Shown: one piece after another, positions 1 to 9,846 of the stretch
Numbering within the stretch: the stretch's first letter is position 1
Layout of the letters: each line of letters opens with the position of its first letter
NCBI GenBank assembly: GCA_963737265.1
Contig: CAVTRY010000021.1
Span: 128,001-192,000 of the forward strand
Direction of reading: 5' to 3'
Source: an uncultured delta proteobacterium
Lineage (GTDB): Bacteria > Myxococcota_A > Polyangia > Fen-1088
Length of the DNA: 64,000 nt
The notes under the pieces: generated by a model
What the model was told of the DNA's origin: nothing
The model's database searches: none
What the model saw: only the letters and a program-made list of their open reading frames with translations
Position numbers and translations under genes: made by a program

Positions 1-1205
1 ACATTCATCTCGGCGTCGTCCTTGTGAGCGGAATCAGAAAACGCGCGCAGGGTCTCATCGAATTCCGCAAGGCCATCGCCATCGATCCAAGAATCAAGAT
101 CACGAAGTCGCTCATCGACCCCGAAGTCCAAGGGGCTTTCGAGGAAGCCCTGATCGTGGGCGGCGTCCCGGTGGGCGATCCGGCTGCCCCATCGCTGCCG
201 ACAGCCCAAGCAACGACGGTTCTGGACGAACCCGCGATCGCGCACGGACCTGCCATCCACGGAATCAACCATCCGCCGGTCACGGAGGGCACCCGCGGCC
301 GAGCCGTGGAAATCAAGGCGCAGGTTCCAGCGGGGCTAGGCGCAAGCAGGGTGATGCTAGCCTACCGCGCGGGTGACACCGCCGAATTCCTGGCGCGCGA
401 GATGACGCCCGTGGAGGGCGCGGCGAGTTGGTACCACGAATACATCCCGGCAGAGGCCACGCAGGGCACACGCGCGGCGTATTACATCGAGGCTCGCAAT
501 GCCGACGACGAGGTAATCGCGCGCAGCGGGGCCGACGACGCTGCCCATTTCATCGCACTCGGTCCGGAAACCTCGTCCGACAGCGGCGACAGCTCCAAGG
601 CCGGCAGTGAGGGTGCCAAGCCCCGCAACGAGGGCGATCCCGGGTTGTGGTTCGTGCTGGCGGTGGGTGGCGGCGGCGGCTACTCGTCGGGATCGCCGGA
701 AGCGAATCCTCAAGATGGCGGCACGCCGCCCAAGGACATCAGGGTCTCCGGTTTTACCTTCGCCCGATTGCTTCACGTCGCACCCGAGATCGGATACTTC
801 CAGAATGAGAATCTGATCGTCTCGGCCCAGGGACGGTTCCAGTATGTGCCCGGTGCCGAGACCATCGAGGTCGGGCAAAAAATCCAGCAGCCGTCGCGCT
901 GGGGCGCCGCCGGTCTTATCAAGGTGACCCGGCTCATGGCACGAGCGGGTGGCCGATTCCGGCCCTTCCTTTCGGCACAAGCTGGCGCCGGCCAGATCCG
1001 CCACAGCGTCACCGTCGCCTGCACCGTCAGCACGACCTGCCAAGACACCGTGTCGGGCGGCCTGGGTCTGGCGGGCATGGGTGCGGGCTTCACATACCGC
1101 TTGCGGGACGGAGTCTCTCTTTACGCGGCATTCAGCGTTCTGGTCGGCATGCCGAACGTGATGGTAAACGGCGACCTGAATATGGGTGTCGCGGTCATCC
1201 GATAG
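1..1205 (+). CDS. Hypothetical exported protein, 5'-truncated (TPR-like remnant, Ig-like middle, C-terminal outer-membrane beta-barrel-like region)
   Basis: Frame is open from the window start; EFRKAIAIDP resembles a TPR end; C-terminus has alternating Gly/hydrophobic strands. Confidence 0.6.
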   Translation, partial: IHLGVVLVSGIRKRAQGLIEFRKAIAIDPRIKITKSLIDPEVQGAFEEALIVGGVPVGDPAAPSLPTAQATTVLDEPAIAHGPAIHGINHPPVTEGTRGRAVEIKAQVPAGLGASRVMLAYRAGDTAEFLAREMTPVEGAASWYHEYIPAEATQGTRAAYYIEARNADDEVIARSGADDAAHFIALGPETSSDSGDSSKAGSEGAKPRNEGDPGLWFVLAVGGGGGYSSGSPEANPQDGGTPPKDIRVSGFTFARLLHVAPEIGYFQNENLIVSAQGRFQYVPGAETIEVGQKIQQPSRWGAAGLIKVTRLMARAGGRFRPFLSAQAGAGQIRHSVTVACTVSTTCQDTVSGGLGLAGMGAGFTYRLRDGVSLYAAFSVLVGMPNVMVNGDLNMGVAVIR

Positions 1206-1355
1206 GCAGCTCCGATGGCCGGGCCGGGCATAACCCCGCGACAGCGGTGGGTGGTGGTCGTGGCCGTGGGTCCTGGTCGTCGGCGTGGCCCTGGCCGACG
1301 GTGATCACTCCGGCTACGGCCAAGGCCCTGTGCGACGGTCGCGGGATCAGGAGGA

Positions 1356-1919
1356 TCAGGCGGGCTCGTCGCCGGTGCCGAGCAGGTGGGCAGCCTGGCG
1401 TGCCATCGAAAACAGAACCAACGAAAGCCGATTTATGTAGGGCAGAATGTGCGGGCCAACGGCCTCGGCGGTGGCCAGATGCACCGCGTGGCGTTCGGCA
1501 CGACGGCAAACCGCGCGCGCCACGTGGAGGTACGAGGCGGCCATTCCTCCGCCGGGCAGGATGAAGGCGCGCAGCTTCGGCAACCGCGCATCGATCTCGG
1601 TCACCTCGCGATCGAGAGTGGCCACGTTTGCGGCGACGATACGTGAAGGCGACGCGGTATCGGCAGCGTCGTCGCGCCTTCCTAGCTCTGCGCCAAGGAC
1701 GTACAGCTCGCGCTGGATCCGCCGCAGCGAAGAAACCATGCCCGCCGCCTGCTCGGCAGGCTGATGCGTTTCGAGGTTCGCGCGCGCCAGCCCCAGGAAG
1801 GACGACAGCTCATCGATGCTGCCCAAGCACTCGATGCGCGGATCGTCCTTGCCCACCCGCTGCCCGCTGGCGAGCTGGGTTTGCCCTTGGTCGCCTCGGT
1901 GGAGGTTACGTTCCGCCAT
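1356..1919 (-). CDS. ATP:cob(I)alamin adenosyltransferase, PduO type
   Basis: GDxGxT...RVGKDDPRIECLGSIDEL; FILPGG; LHVARAVCRRAER; YINRLS motifs. Confidence 0.9.
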   Translation of the reverse strand: MAERNLHRGDQGQTQLASGQRVGKDDPRIECLGSIDELSSFLGLARANLETHQPAEQAAGMVSSLRRIQRELYVLGAELGRRDDAADTASPSRIVAANVATLDREVTEIDARLPKLRAFILPGGGMAASYLHVARAVCRRAERHAVHLATAEAVGPHILPYINRLSLVLFSMARQAAHLLGTGDEPA

Positions 1920-2841
1920 GGTTGGCTTCGGCCAGCCGCTTGTTCAGCACCACCAGCTCGCAGATGGGACCACGCCTGTCCGCGCGCGAGTTGATGAGCC
2001 TTCGCGCCGAGACTTCCCGGATGTCGAAGTCCTTGTAGAGCTTGCGAATGAGCGAGGTGTCGCTGTTCGAAAGCATGAGCAAGCACCCCTTCTTGTCGAG
2101 TGCTCGGTAGAGATCGGCGAGCTTTTCCTGGTCCTTCTCGCCAAACGCATCGCGCGTGTAGGCCGTGAAGTACGAGGTGCTCGAGCGGGGATGGTAAGGC
2201 GGATCGAAATAGACAAAATCGTTCTTCTTGGCCTCGAGCTCGAGCAGCCTAAAATCCTCGGTTTCGATCCGCGCGCCCTGGAGCAGTCGCGCTGCTCGCC
2301 GTAGTCCGTCATCGTTGAAAAGGCCGGGATTGGTGTACCTGCCGAAGGGAACGTTGAAAATTCCGCGGCTGTTCACGCGGTAAAGGCCGTTGAAGCAAGT
2401 CTTGTTGAGGTAGATGAGCCGTGCGGCCTTGCTGGCCAGCGAGATAGGCGATTTCTCCCGCATGGCAAGGAAGAAATCCTTGCTGTGTTGTTTCTGATAC
2501 TTGCGCAGAAGCTTGATCACCTGCCCGACATTCTGCTGGACCGCCTTGAAGGTGTCGATAAGCTCCCGGTTGTTGTCCCAAAGCACAGCGGCCCGGGGCT
2601 CGACCAGGGCCTTGAAGTGAAAGAAGACCGCGCCACTCCCCAGAAATGGCTCGATGTAGCGCTTGACGCTGCCTTTCGGCGGGTAGAAGCGCGCAAGCTG
2701 GGGCAGAAGTTGCGTCTTGCCGCCCGCCCACTTGAGAAAGGGCCGCGAAAAGGAAATTTCGCCGCCTTCTTGCCTGCCGGTCGGAAGTTCGAGTTGGACG
2801 GGAGGTTTTATCTTGCCAGACTTTGCTACCACGCCGGGCAT
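1906..2841 (-). CDS. dam: Orphan DNA adenine methyltransferase (Dam/D12 class)
   Basis: PFLKWAGGK, YIEPFLGSGAVF, YLNKTCFNGLYRVN, YFDPPY; start uncertain; no endonuclease nearby. Confidence 0.9.
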   Translation of the reverse strand: MPGVVAKSGKIKPPVQLELPTGRQEGGEISFSRPFLKWAGGKTQLLPQLARFYPPKGSVKRYIEPFLGSGAVFFHFKALVEPRAAVLWDNNRELIDTFKAVQQNVGQVIKLLRKYQKQHSKDFFLAMREKSPISLASKAARLIYLNKTCFNGLYRVNSRGIFNVPFGRYTNPGLFNDDGLRRAARLLQGARIETEDFRLLELEAKKNDFVYFDPPYHPRSSTSYFTAYTRDAFGEKDQEKLADLYRALDKKGCLLMLSNSDTSLIRKLYKDFDIREVSARRLINSRADRRGPICELVVLNKRLAEANHGGT

Positions 2842-3043
2842 TAGAAGCGTCCTGGTAGGAAAAATGCAACGGCAGAGAACAAGATCGTAGGCCACGAGCC
2901 CGCGACAAGTTGCAGAATCGTGATGATCCTGACGAAGAAATTTCTATAGCTTTTGGGCGGCTGTCGTCTAGACTGCCGCGCCTTTAAGAAAGTCCGCTGG
3001 CCACAAGTAGGCCAGCCCAAAAAAGAACAGGTTGCGAAGCACC

Positions 3044-5167
3044 ATGCCGTCCATTGAGAAGGTCAGAAACATCGGAATTTCCGCCCACATCGACTCGGGC
3101 AAGACCACGCTGTCGGAGCGCATCCTCTACTACACCGGAAAAATTCATAAGATCGAAGAGGTCAAAGGGAAGTCCGGTGTGGGCGCGACCATGGACTTCA
3201 TGGATTTGGAGCGCGAAAAGGGCATCACGATTCAGTCCGCTGCGACCACTGCCGAGTGGGATGGCCACACCATCAACCTGATCGACACGCCGGGGCACGT
3301 GGACTTCACCATCGAGGTCGAGCGCGCCTTGCGCGTTCTCGACGGCGCCGTGCTCGTGCTGTGCGGTGTGGCCGGCGTGCAATCGCAGTCGTACACCGTC
3401 GATCGTCAGATGCGCCGCTACAAGGTGCCGCGCCTGGCGTTCATCAATAAGCTGGACCGCGCCGGCGCCAATGCCGAGCGCGTGACCGCGCAGCTGAAGG
3501 AAAAGTTGGCCCTCAATCCCATCACCATCCAGCTCCAGATCGGCGCCGAGGATCGCTTCGAGGGCGTGGTCGACCTCATCAAGATGAAGGCCCTCTTTTT
3601 CGATGGATCGAGCGGCGAAGACGTGCGCGAGGCCGACATCCCAGCCGACATGGAAGAGGCGGCTAAGGTCGCACGCCAGCGCATGATCGAGGCGATAGCC
3701 GACGTGGATGACAGCATCGCCGAGAAATACCTGGCTGAAGTACCGTGCACGCCCGAGGAATTGATCGCGGCACTGCGTAGAGCCACCGTCGCCTTCAAGG
3801 CCACCCCGGTCTTCTTGGGCTCGGCCTACAAGAACAAGGGCGTGCAACCCCTGCTCGACGGCGTCAACCAGTATTTGCCCAATCCGACCGAAGTCGAGAA
3901 CAAGGCCCTCGATCAGAACAAGAACGAAGAGGCCCTGGTGCTCAGCTCGGAGGCCGACAAGCCCTTCGTGGGTCTGGCGTTCAAGCTGGAAGACGGGCGC
4001 TACGGCCAGCTTACGTACATGCGCGTCTACCAGGGCAAGGTGTCGAAGGGCGATTTCATCGTGAATTGCTCGGATCGACTGAAGCGGATCAAGGTGCCCC
4101 GCCTGGTGCGCATGCACGCCGACGAGATGGTGGACATCGACGCGACCCAGGCCGGCGACATCGTGGCCTTGTTCGGCGTGGACTGCGCCTCGGGTGACAC
4201 CTTCACCGACGGTAAGGTCAACTACACCATGACCTCCATGCACGTGCCCGAGGCGGTCATCTCGCTCGCCATCGAGCCCAAAGACAAGACCACCAGTGCG
4301 AACTTCTCCAAGGGGCTCAACCGCTTCACCAAGGAAGACCCAACCTTCCGCGTGCACCGCGACGAGGAGTCTGGCCAAACCATCATCAGCGGCATGGGCG
4401 AGCTTCACCTCGAAATCTACATCGAGCGCATGAAGCGCGAGTACAACTGCATTGTCATCCCGGGCCGTCCCCAGGTGAAATACCGCGAAACCATCACCCA
4501 GCGAGGCGAGTTCAGCTACACCCACAGAAAGCAGACCGGCGGTTCAGGCCAGTACGGCAAGGTTGCCGGGTACATCGAGCCCCTGCCATCGGACCACGCC
4601 GCCGGCTACGAGTTCGTGGACGAGGTCAAGGGCGGATCCATCCCGCGCGAATTCATCTCGGCCTGCGACAAGGGCTTCCAGGAGGCCATGCACAAAGGTC
4701 CGCTCATCGGCTTCCCCATCGTGGGCGTGCGCTGTCTTATCAACGACGGTAACTCGCACCCGGTGGACTCGTCGGAAATCGCCTTCCGCACGGCAGCCCT
4801 CATGGGCTTTCGCGAAGCCTACGGCCGAGCCAAACCGACCATCCTCGAACCCATCATGTTGGTCGAGGTACAGTTTCCCGAGGAGTTCCAGGGTGCCGTC
4901 ATTGGCCAGCTCAACCAGCGCCGCGGTGCCATTCTCTCGACCGAAAAGACCGAAAGCTTCGTGCAAGCCGTGGCCGAGGTCCCGCTGGCCGACATGTTCG
5001 GCTACGCCACCGACATTCGCTCCGCCACGCAAGGCAAGGGCGAGTTCAGCATGGAGTTCAAGCGCTACGCCGAGCTGCCCAAGCAGCAACGCGAGACCAT
5101 GATCCTGGAATTCCGCACCAAGAAGGAAAAAGACGCGGGCGGCGGGTCCAAGCGCGCGGCAGGTTAG
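3044..5167 (+). CDS. fusA: Elongation factor G, stand-alone spdEFG1/mitochondrial EF-G1-like type
   Basis: [42 protein letters not shown]; not in an str operon. Confidence 0.97.
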   Translation: MPSIEKVRNIGISAHIDSGKTTLSERILYYTGKIHKIEEVKGKSGVGATMDFMDLEREKGITIQSAATTAEWDGHTINLIDTPGHVDFTIEVERALRVLDGAVLVLCGVAGVQSQSYTVDRQMRRYKVPRLAFINKLDRAGANAERVTAQLKEKLALNPITIQLQIGAEDRFEGVVDLIKMKALFFDGSSGEDVREADIPADMEEAAKVARQRMIEAIADVDDSIAEKYLAEVPCTPEELIAALRRATVAFKATPVFLGSAYKNKGVQPLLDGVNQYLPNPTEVENKALDQNKNEEALVLSSEADKPFVGLAFKLEDGRYGQLTYMRVYQGKVSKGDFIVNCSDRLKRIKVPRLVRMHADEMVDIDATQAGDIVALFGVDCASGDTFTDGKVNYTMTSMHVPEAVISLAIEPKDKTTSANFSKGLNRFTKEDPTFRVHRDEESGQTIISGMGELHLEIYIERMKREYNCIVIPGRPQVKYRETITQRGEFSYTHRKQTGGSGQYGKVAGYIEPLPSDHAAGYEFVDEVKGGSIPREFISACDKGFQEAMHKGPLIGFPIVGVRCLINDGNSHPVDSSEIAFRTAALMGFREAYGRAKPTILEPIMLVEVQFPEEFQGAVIGQLNQRRGAILSTEKTESFVQAVAEVPLADMFGYATDIRSATQGKGEFSMEFKRYAELPKQQRETMILEFRTKKEKDAGGGSKRAAG

Positions 5168-5272
5168 ACTAGCTCGTCAGGCGACGCCAACGCATTCCGG
5201 CACGGGAACATGCCCAATTCGTGGGCCATTCGGGTTATGGAACGGGGCCCAATCTTGCCCTTTGGGGGACTG

Positions 5273-6835
5273 ATGCCGAAGCTTGTGCTCCTTTCCTTGG
5301 TGTTACCGAGCCTATTCGCCGTGTCACCTGCGCGCGCAGGCGACGAACCCGCGGTCCAAGGGGACGGCCCGGTACTGCCCTACCTTCGCGCTCTACATGC
5401 GAAAGTGCACCGTGACTGGGCTGACAACTTCGTGGCCATGGCCGCGGCCCAGTTGCCCAAAGACCACCCCATCAACGCGGCGTCGCGCGCCGTGGATTTG
5501 GAAGTGGTCATTTCCCCCGAGGGACAGTTGGCCGACGTGAAAGTGGCGAACACCTCCGGTGCCGCCGACTTCGACGCCGCGGCCATGGAGGTCATCAAGG
5601 CCGCCGCACCCTTCGCCGTCGCGCCGGAAGACGCGTTGTCGGACGACGGCAATGCCCACGTGTTGTGGACTCTCGCCCGCGACGATCGCCGTTGCTCCGG
5701 ACTCGCCATTCTCTACAACATCCGCGCCCTCGACGTGGCGGTGCCGGCTCTGGTGGCCCAGGGCCGCGACCTGGCGGCCATCGCGCGCTTGCAGAGCTCG
5801 GACGAAAAGGATCGCGAGCGCGCATTCTCGACGTTCGCTCGCGCCTGGCTCGATCTCGCGGAAGACGACAAGGATCTCGACGTGCGTGTCGCCGCCGCCA
5901 ACGCGTCGGCCGGCGACGGCCGCGGCGCCGAACGACTGCGCAGAGCCGTCGAAAACGGCCAGGACTTGGAGCTGGCCGCCCGCGCCCTCGCCGCGCTGAG
6001 GATTCCCCTGTGTACATTGGTGAAGGACAAGCTGGGCTCCGCCGATGCGCGGGACGCCGTGCTTTCGGTGCTGCGTTTCGGGCCCGACGGAGAATGCCTT
6101 TCTTGGATGGTGAATCTGGCGAAGGATCAGAAGGCGGCGCAGGCACAGCGACTCGTGGCCATCGCGGCTCTCGGAAACAACGACGAGGTCGAGGCGAGAG
6201 GCGTAATCCGGAACCTGCTCGGCGACCGCGCTCCCGCGATTCAGGCCGCAGCCATTCTCGCCGGCGCTCGCGCCGGGGCCGGCAAGGGGGCCATGCTCCG
6301 CCTGACCCCGTTGCTGCGCAACCGTTCCGTCGAGATCCGTGCCGCTGCGGCGGCGGCACTGGTACGCGTGGGCGGCGAACCAGCGCTGGTGCACCTGTTC
6401 CTTCTCTTCAAGGAAACGGATCCGCGGCCCTATGAAGCAGTGGCCGAGCAACTGGCCTGGCTTACTGGGCAGGCATCGGCGGACATGCTCGGACGATTTC
6501 TGCGCAGGGAAGATCGCCGCATCCGGCGGGCCGGCGCCCTGGCATTGGCTCGCCGTCGAGACCCGTTTGCCGCCAAGGCTCAGGCCGCGCTGGCAGGCAG
6601 CCCAGACCCCGAGCTGCGCTTCCTCGCCGGCAACGCCGTCGATTCGGACAAGCGCCTCGCCGCCGCGTCCGCCCCCGAGGGCTATGCCTGGACAGAGGAC
6701 TTCGCCACCCTCGCCGAGGGTAGTGGTGGAATCGCCGCGGTCGATTGGATGCTGGCGCAATTCCCAAAACTCAGCCCCGCCATCCGAGTCGACCTCATGG
6801 GAAGTTGGCTAGCCAGCACGCGTGCGGCGAAGTAA
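5273..6835 (+). CDS. Exported protein with TonB C-terminal-like domain and HEAT repeats
   Basis: Signal peptide ending ARA; VVISPEGQLADVKVANTSGAADFDAAAMEVIKAAAPF (TonB_C-like); repeated IRAAAAAAL helices. Confidence 0.75.
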   Translation: MPKLVLLSLVLPSLFAVSPARAGDEPAVQGDGPVLPYLRALHAKVHRDWADNFVAMAAAQLPKDHPINAASRAVDLEVVISPEGQLADVKVANTSGAADFDAAAMEVIKAAAPFAVAPEDALSDDGNAHVLWTLARDDRRCSGLAILYNIRALDVAVPALVAQGRDLAAIARLQSSDEKDRERAFSTFARAWLDLAEDDKDLDVRVAAANASAGDGRGAERLRRAVENGQDLELAARALAALRIPLCTLVKDKLGSADARDAVLSVLRFGPDGECLSWMVNLAKDQKAAQAQRLVAIAALGNNDEVEARGVIRNLLGDRAPAIQAAAILAGARAGAGKGAMLRLTPLLRNRSVEIRAAAAAALVRVGGEPALVHLFLLFKETDPRPYEAVAEQLAWLTGQASADMLGRFLRREDRRIRRAGALALARRRDPFAAKAQAALAGSPDPELRFLAGNAVDSDKRLAAASAPEGYAWTEDFATLAEGSGGIAAVDWMLAQFPKLSPAIRVDLMGSWLASTRAAK

Positions 6836-6932
6836 AGAACAAGCGCATCGAACTGGCCACCGGCGTAGCGAACGGAACTCATTGGGCCGCCGGGCCGGCC
6901 CTTTGATCCAAATGGAATGTGCCAGCGGGAAG

Positions 6933-7130
6933 CTAGCAGGAGCAGCCGGGGCAGCCGCGCATCGAAACGGCGCGCGCGCTTCGCAGGGCGGCCTTCGGGG
7001 CGCTCTTCTTCGCGCCCGCTTTCTTGACCGGCTTCTTGGCCGTCTTCTTGGCGACGATCTTCTTGGCGGGCGCCTTCGTGGCCTTGGTTGATTTCTTAAC
7101 AGTGGTTGCTTTCTTTGCTTTGGTAGGCAT
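6933..7130 (-). CDS. Small Lys/Ala-rich histone H1-like protein (65 aa) ending in GCPGCSC
   Basis: MPTKAKKATTVKKSTKATKAPAKK...; AAG/GCC codon bias; promoter directly upstream. Confidence 0.7.
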   Translation of the reverse strand: MPTKAKKATTVKKSTKATKAPAKKIVAKKTAKKPVKKAGAKKSAPKAALRSARAVSMRGCPGCSC

Positions 7131-7137
7131 GGCGCAC

Positions 7138-7166
7138 ATATTGCCGTCATGTGGTCCCGTGCGCAA
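7138..7166 (-). promoter_or_regulatory. Sigma70-like promoter, leaderless start of the histone-like gene
   Basis: TTGCGC-N17-CAATAT-N7-ATG on the minus strand. Confidence 0.55.
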
Positions 7167-7248
7167 GATCGCAGACGCGAATATGATCGCGGCTGGACCC
7201 ATTCGATTTGGTCGAAAGCGCCGGCGAGGCGGTATGATCTTCCTCAAG

Positions 7249-8307
7249 ATGCGGACTAAACACGCCCGTTTCAGACTGGTGCTGCTCGGCCTCGCCCTGT
7301 CGCTCGGCTGCGCTACCGAGCCGCCCATCCCATCCCCGACCGTCGCCGAATTGCCCGCGGAAAACACACGCCCCGCGACGGCGGCGAGCGCGCCGACGAC
7401 GGTGCACGCGCGCGACAATGGCGATGCTTTTAGCGTGAACGGCGCGGACGGGCTGGTGAGCCTGTGCCAGTCGCTGCGGGACGAAACCTCGGTGAGCTTT
7501 TCTGGCAACGCCGTCGAGCAAGCACGCGCCGCCGATGCGCATGCGCGCCAGCGCGAAGAAGCACTTGCCGGCCGCTACGTGGCTGTCATCCCCGCCAGCG
7601 GATTCGCCTTTCGCACGTATGACCTCGGCGAGCGCAGATTGGTGCTCGATACCCATCGCACGCTGGTCTTGGGTGATGGTGCGGAGTTGTTCGTTTCCGG
7701 CGGAGATTCCGCGCCCGGTTTCGCCTTGGGCCCCGACCTCGCCGATCGGATTCTAATTCAGCGCGCCGCCGACAAACTTTCCCTTCGCGTGATATTTCGG
7801 CCCGCCGGATCGGAGCTGCGCAGGGACGCGTGCCTGTGGCTCGGCGGCGGTCGAGTGGTCAAGATGGAAATCGACCTGCTGGCCGCCGCGTTGGTCGACC
7901 TCGACGGCGCGGTACTCGCGCGCGGGGACACCGGCGATTACGCCGATTCGGCACTCGCCACTCCGGTCCGATCGCCCAAGGTAACCGTCCGCAAGCCGCG
8001 CGCCGCGGATGGTAGAGAACTTTCCACGAGCGCCGCCGAGCCGCTAGCCGCTCTGGCCGAACAGGCGCAGCCTTGCTATGCGCGCGAGCTCGTCGCCCGG
8101 CCCGCCCTGCGCGGCACGCTGGTGCTGTCGATCCGGATCGGCGTTGGCGGACATGTTGAATCCCCTCACGTCGAGATGACATCGCTGGGAGATCCCGCGC
8201 TGGCAAACTGCGTGGCCGAGAGCGCCGCCAAGGTCAAGCTCGTCGGCGTCGGCACTGGCCAGCGCTTCAGCGTGCCCCTGCAGTTCGGATCGGCCGACGA
8301 ACGCTAG
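7249..8307 (+). CDS. Lipoprotein with C-terminal AgmX/PglI (TonB-like) domain
   Basis: Lipobox LSLGC; CYARELVARPALRGTLVL...LANCV...FSVPLQF. Confidence 0.75.
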   Translation: MRTKHARFRLVLLGLALSLGCATEPPIPSPTVAELPAENTRPATAASAPTTVHARDNGDAFSVNGADGLVSLCQSLRDETSVSFSGNAVEQARAADAHARQREEALAGRYVAVIPASGFAFRTYDLGERRLVLDTHRTLVLGDGAELFVSGGDSAPGFALGPDLADRILIQRAADKLSLRVIFRPAGSELRRDACLWLGGGRVVKMEIDLLAAALVDLDGAVLARGDTGDYADSALATPVRSPKVTVRKPRAADGRELSTSAAEPLAALAEQAQPCYARELVARPALRGTLVLSIRIGVGGHVESPHVEMTSLGDPALANCVAESAAKVKLVGVGTGQRFSVPLQFGSADER

Positions 8308-8464
8308 CTCACACGTTGAACTTGAAGGCAGCGCCGAACGCCGCGAAACACAAGGTCTCTCCGTCGACGGATGACTTGCAAAGTGGCCGCGTGCCCCCAG
8401 ACGTACCCCCAAATCTTGACGATGGGGGCTGGTGGACGCCGGTCGCGGTCTTGGGCTGCGCCGC

Positions 8465-8722
8465 TTACCTGTACACCTCTCGCCGGTGGCCGATCTTGAC
8501 CACCAGGACCACCAGGCGGCCGTCCTCGATGGTGTACAGCACGCGGTAGTCGCCCACGCGGATGCGCCAAGCATTGGCTTCGCCTTGCAGCTTGGTGACA
8601 CCCGCCGGCCGCGGATTCTCCGCGAGAGCCTCGATCCTGGCCACCACGCGACGCTGGACGGGCTTATCCAGCGCGCCTAGATCGCGCTCCGCACCCGGGG
8701 AAAGCAGAACGGAATAGCGCAC
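8465..8722 (-). CDS. relE: Type II toxin, RelE/StbE family
   Basis: 85 aa; NPRPAGVTKLQG..WRIRVGDYRVLYTI..VVKIGHRREVYR. Confidence 0.92.
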   Translation of the reverse strand: MRYSVLLSPGAERDLGALDKPVQRRVVARIEALAENPRPAGVTKLQGEANAWRIRVGDYRVLYTIEDGRLVVLVVKIGHRREVYR

Positions 8723-8725
8723 GAG

Positions 8726-8986
8726 CTACAGACCGAGGCGCTTCTTGACCTTGGCCAAGGGGATCGGCTTCTCGCCTTTGGCCTTCATCTCGGCCAGAGC
8801 CTCGCGCGCATCATCGGCATCGATTCGATCTTCCATGGCTTCGAGCAAGGCTAGATCCTCCGCCGGCACGATGGCGGCCAAGGTGTGGCCGTAGCGGGTC
8901 AGCGCGACGCGCTCCTTGGCGTAGGATGCCCGGTTCACCACATCGGAGAACCGCTTGCGCGCCACGGCAGTGGAAACCTTCGTCAT
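8726..8986 (-). CDS. Type II antitoxin, Phd/YefM family
   Basis: MTKVSTAVARKRFSDVVNRASYAKERVALTRYG..AAIVP; immediately upstream of the toxin. Confidence 0.9.
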   Translation of the reverse strand: MTKVSTAVARKRFSDVVNRASYAKERVALTRYGHTLAAIVPAEDLALLEAMEDRIDADDAREALAEMKAKGEKPIPLAKVKKRLGL

Positions 8987-8992
8987 GTCTAT

Positions 8993-9009
8993 GTTGTACA
9001 CCATGAACA
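8993..9009 (-). promoter_or_regulatory. TA promoter/operator: TGTTCA-N3-TGTACA repeats overlapping a TACAAC -10 box
   Basis: Minus strand TGTTCAtggTGTACAACatagacATG; TGTACA cores are typical of YefM-family operators. Confidence 0.5.
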
Positions 9010-9070
9010 GGATAACGTCGATGTCTTCGACGCCCACATGATGCCCCTGCCGACCTGAGGAGACAGCAGC

Positions 9071-9214
9071 TCAAGCACGAATAGATCGAAGGGGCGCCAG
9101 TTCGTGGGCCAGTTCTTTCGGGCTTTCTTGGAAGGCGTCTACGCCGAAATCCGCCAGCTGAGACCGCGTGGTGGCCAGGGTGTGATCCAGGCTTTTCTCC
9201 AGTCGATCCGTCAT
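9071..9214 (-). CDS. Small hypothetical protein (47 aa), possibly a gene remnant
   Basis: ATG at 9214 preceded by GAGGA; MTDRLEKSLDHTLATTRSQLADFG... Confidence 0.3.
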   Translation of the reverse strand: MTDRLEKSLDHTLATTRSQLADFGVDAFQESPKELAHELAPLRSIRA

Positions 9215-9266
9215 CCTTCGCGTTCCTCAGTCTATGACCTCATAAAAGAGCGTGGCCGTCTCGTAG

Positions 9267-9846
9267 GGGTGCTTCCCTGAAATGGGGGCTGTGGCTTCAC
9301 CTCGCCCCGCGCAGGTGGGATCGGAGGGAAAAACAGGGAGGAACGGAGGACCAGAGGAATCACGGGTTGGGTTGACGAGGAGGCGGAGACCCTCGCGAAG
9401 TACGGGGACGTGGAAATTGACGAGCAGGCCCACCGGCAGTCGTAGGAGCTTGGGATAGGTAATGACCTGTGCCAAGTGGGACAGGAAGCAACTGCTCTAC
9501 CGTCTTGACTTCGACGACCAAACGGCCTTCCACCATGAGGTCGAGGCGATAGCCGCAGTCGAGGTCAATGCCTTTGTACTGCAGAGGAATCGCGACCTGA
9601 CGTTGCGTGCGAAATCCACGCAGGCCTAGCTCGCGCGCCAGGCAGTGCTCGTAGGCCGACTCAAGCAGCCCGGGACCGAGGTGACGGTGGACTTCGATGC
9701 AGGCGGCGATAATTTGCCCAGTAAAGTCATCCTGTCTCTGTTTCTCCGTTCCTCGCTGTTCCATATCTGCGTTTTCGGCGGCACTCCGCCAGAAGTTGCT
9801 ACCTCACCGAGCCCCCGGCTGGGGCCCCCGTTTCAGGGAAGCACCC
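9267..9846. mobile_element. Non-autonomous transposable cassette (580 bp) with 23-bp TIRs and 9-bp TSD, carrying GxxExxY
   Basis: GGGTGCTTCCCTGAAATGGGGGC (9267-9289) is inverted to 9824-9846 with 1 mismatch; GTCTCGTAG direct repeat at 9258-9266 and 9847-9855. Confidence 0.85.
9360..9764 (-). pseudogene. GxxExxY (PD-(D/E)XK nuclease family) gene, frameshifted
   Basis: HLGPGLLESAYE, GYRLDLMVE, VVEVK; extra C near 9479, after which the HLAQVITYxKL..GLLVNF continuation is in another frame. Confidence 0.85.

Noticed and set aside
2984-5089. Long antisense ORFs opposite fusA, and similar ones elsewhere
   Set aside because: Shadow ORFs expected from high-GC codon bias opposite well-supported genes
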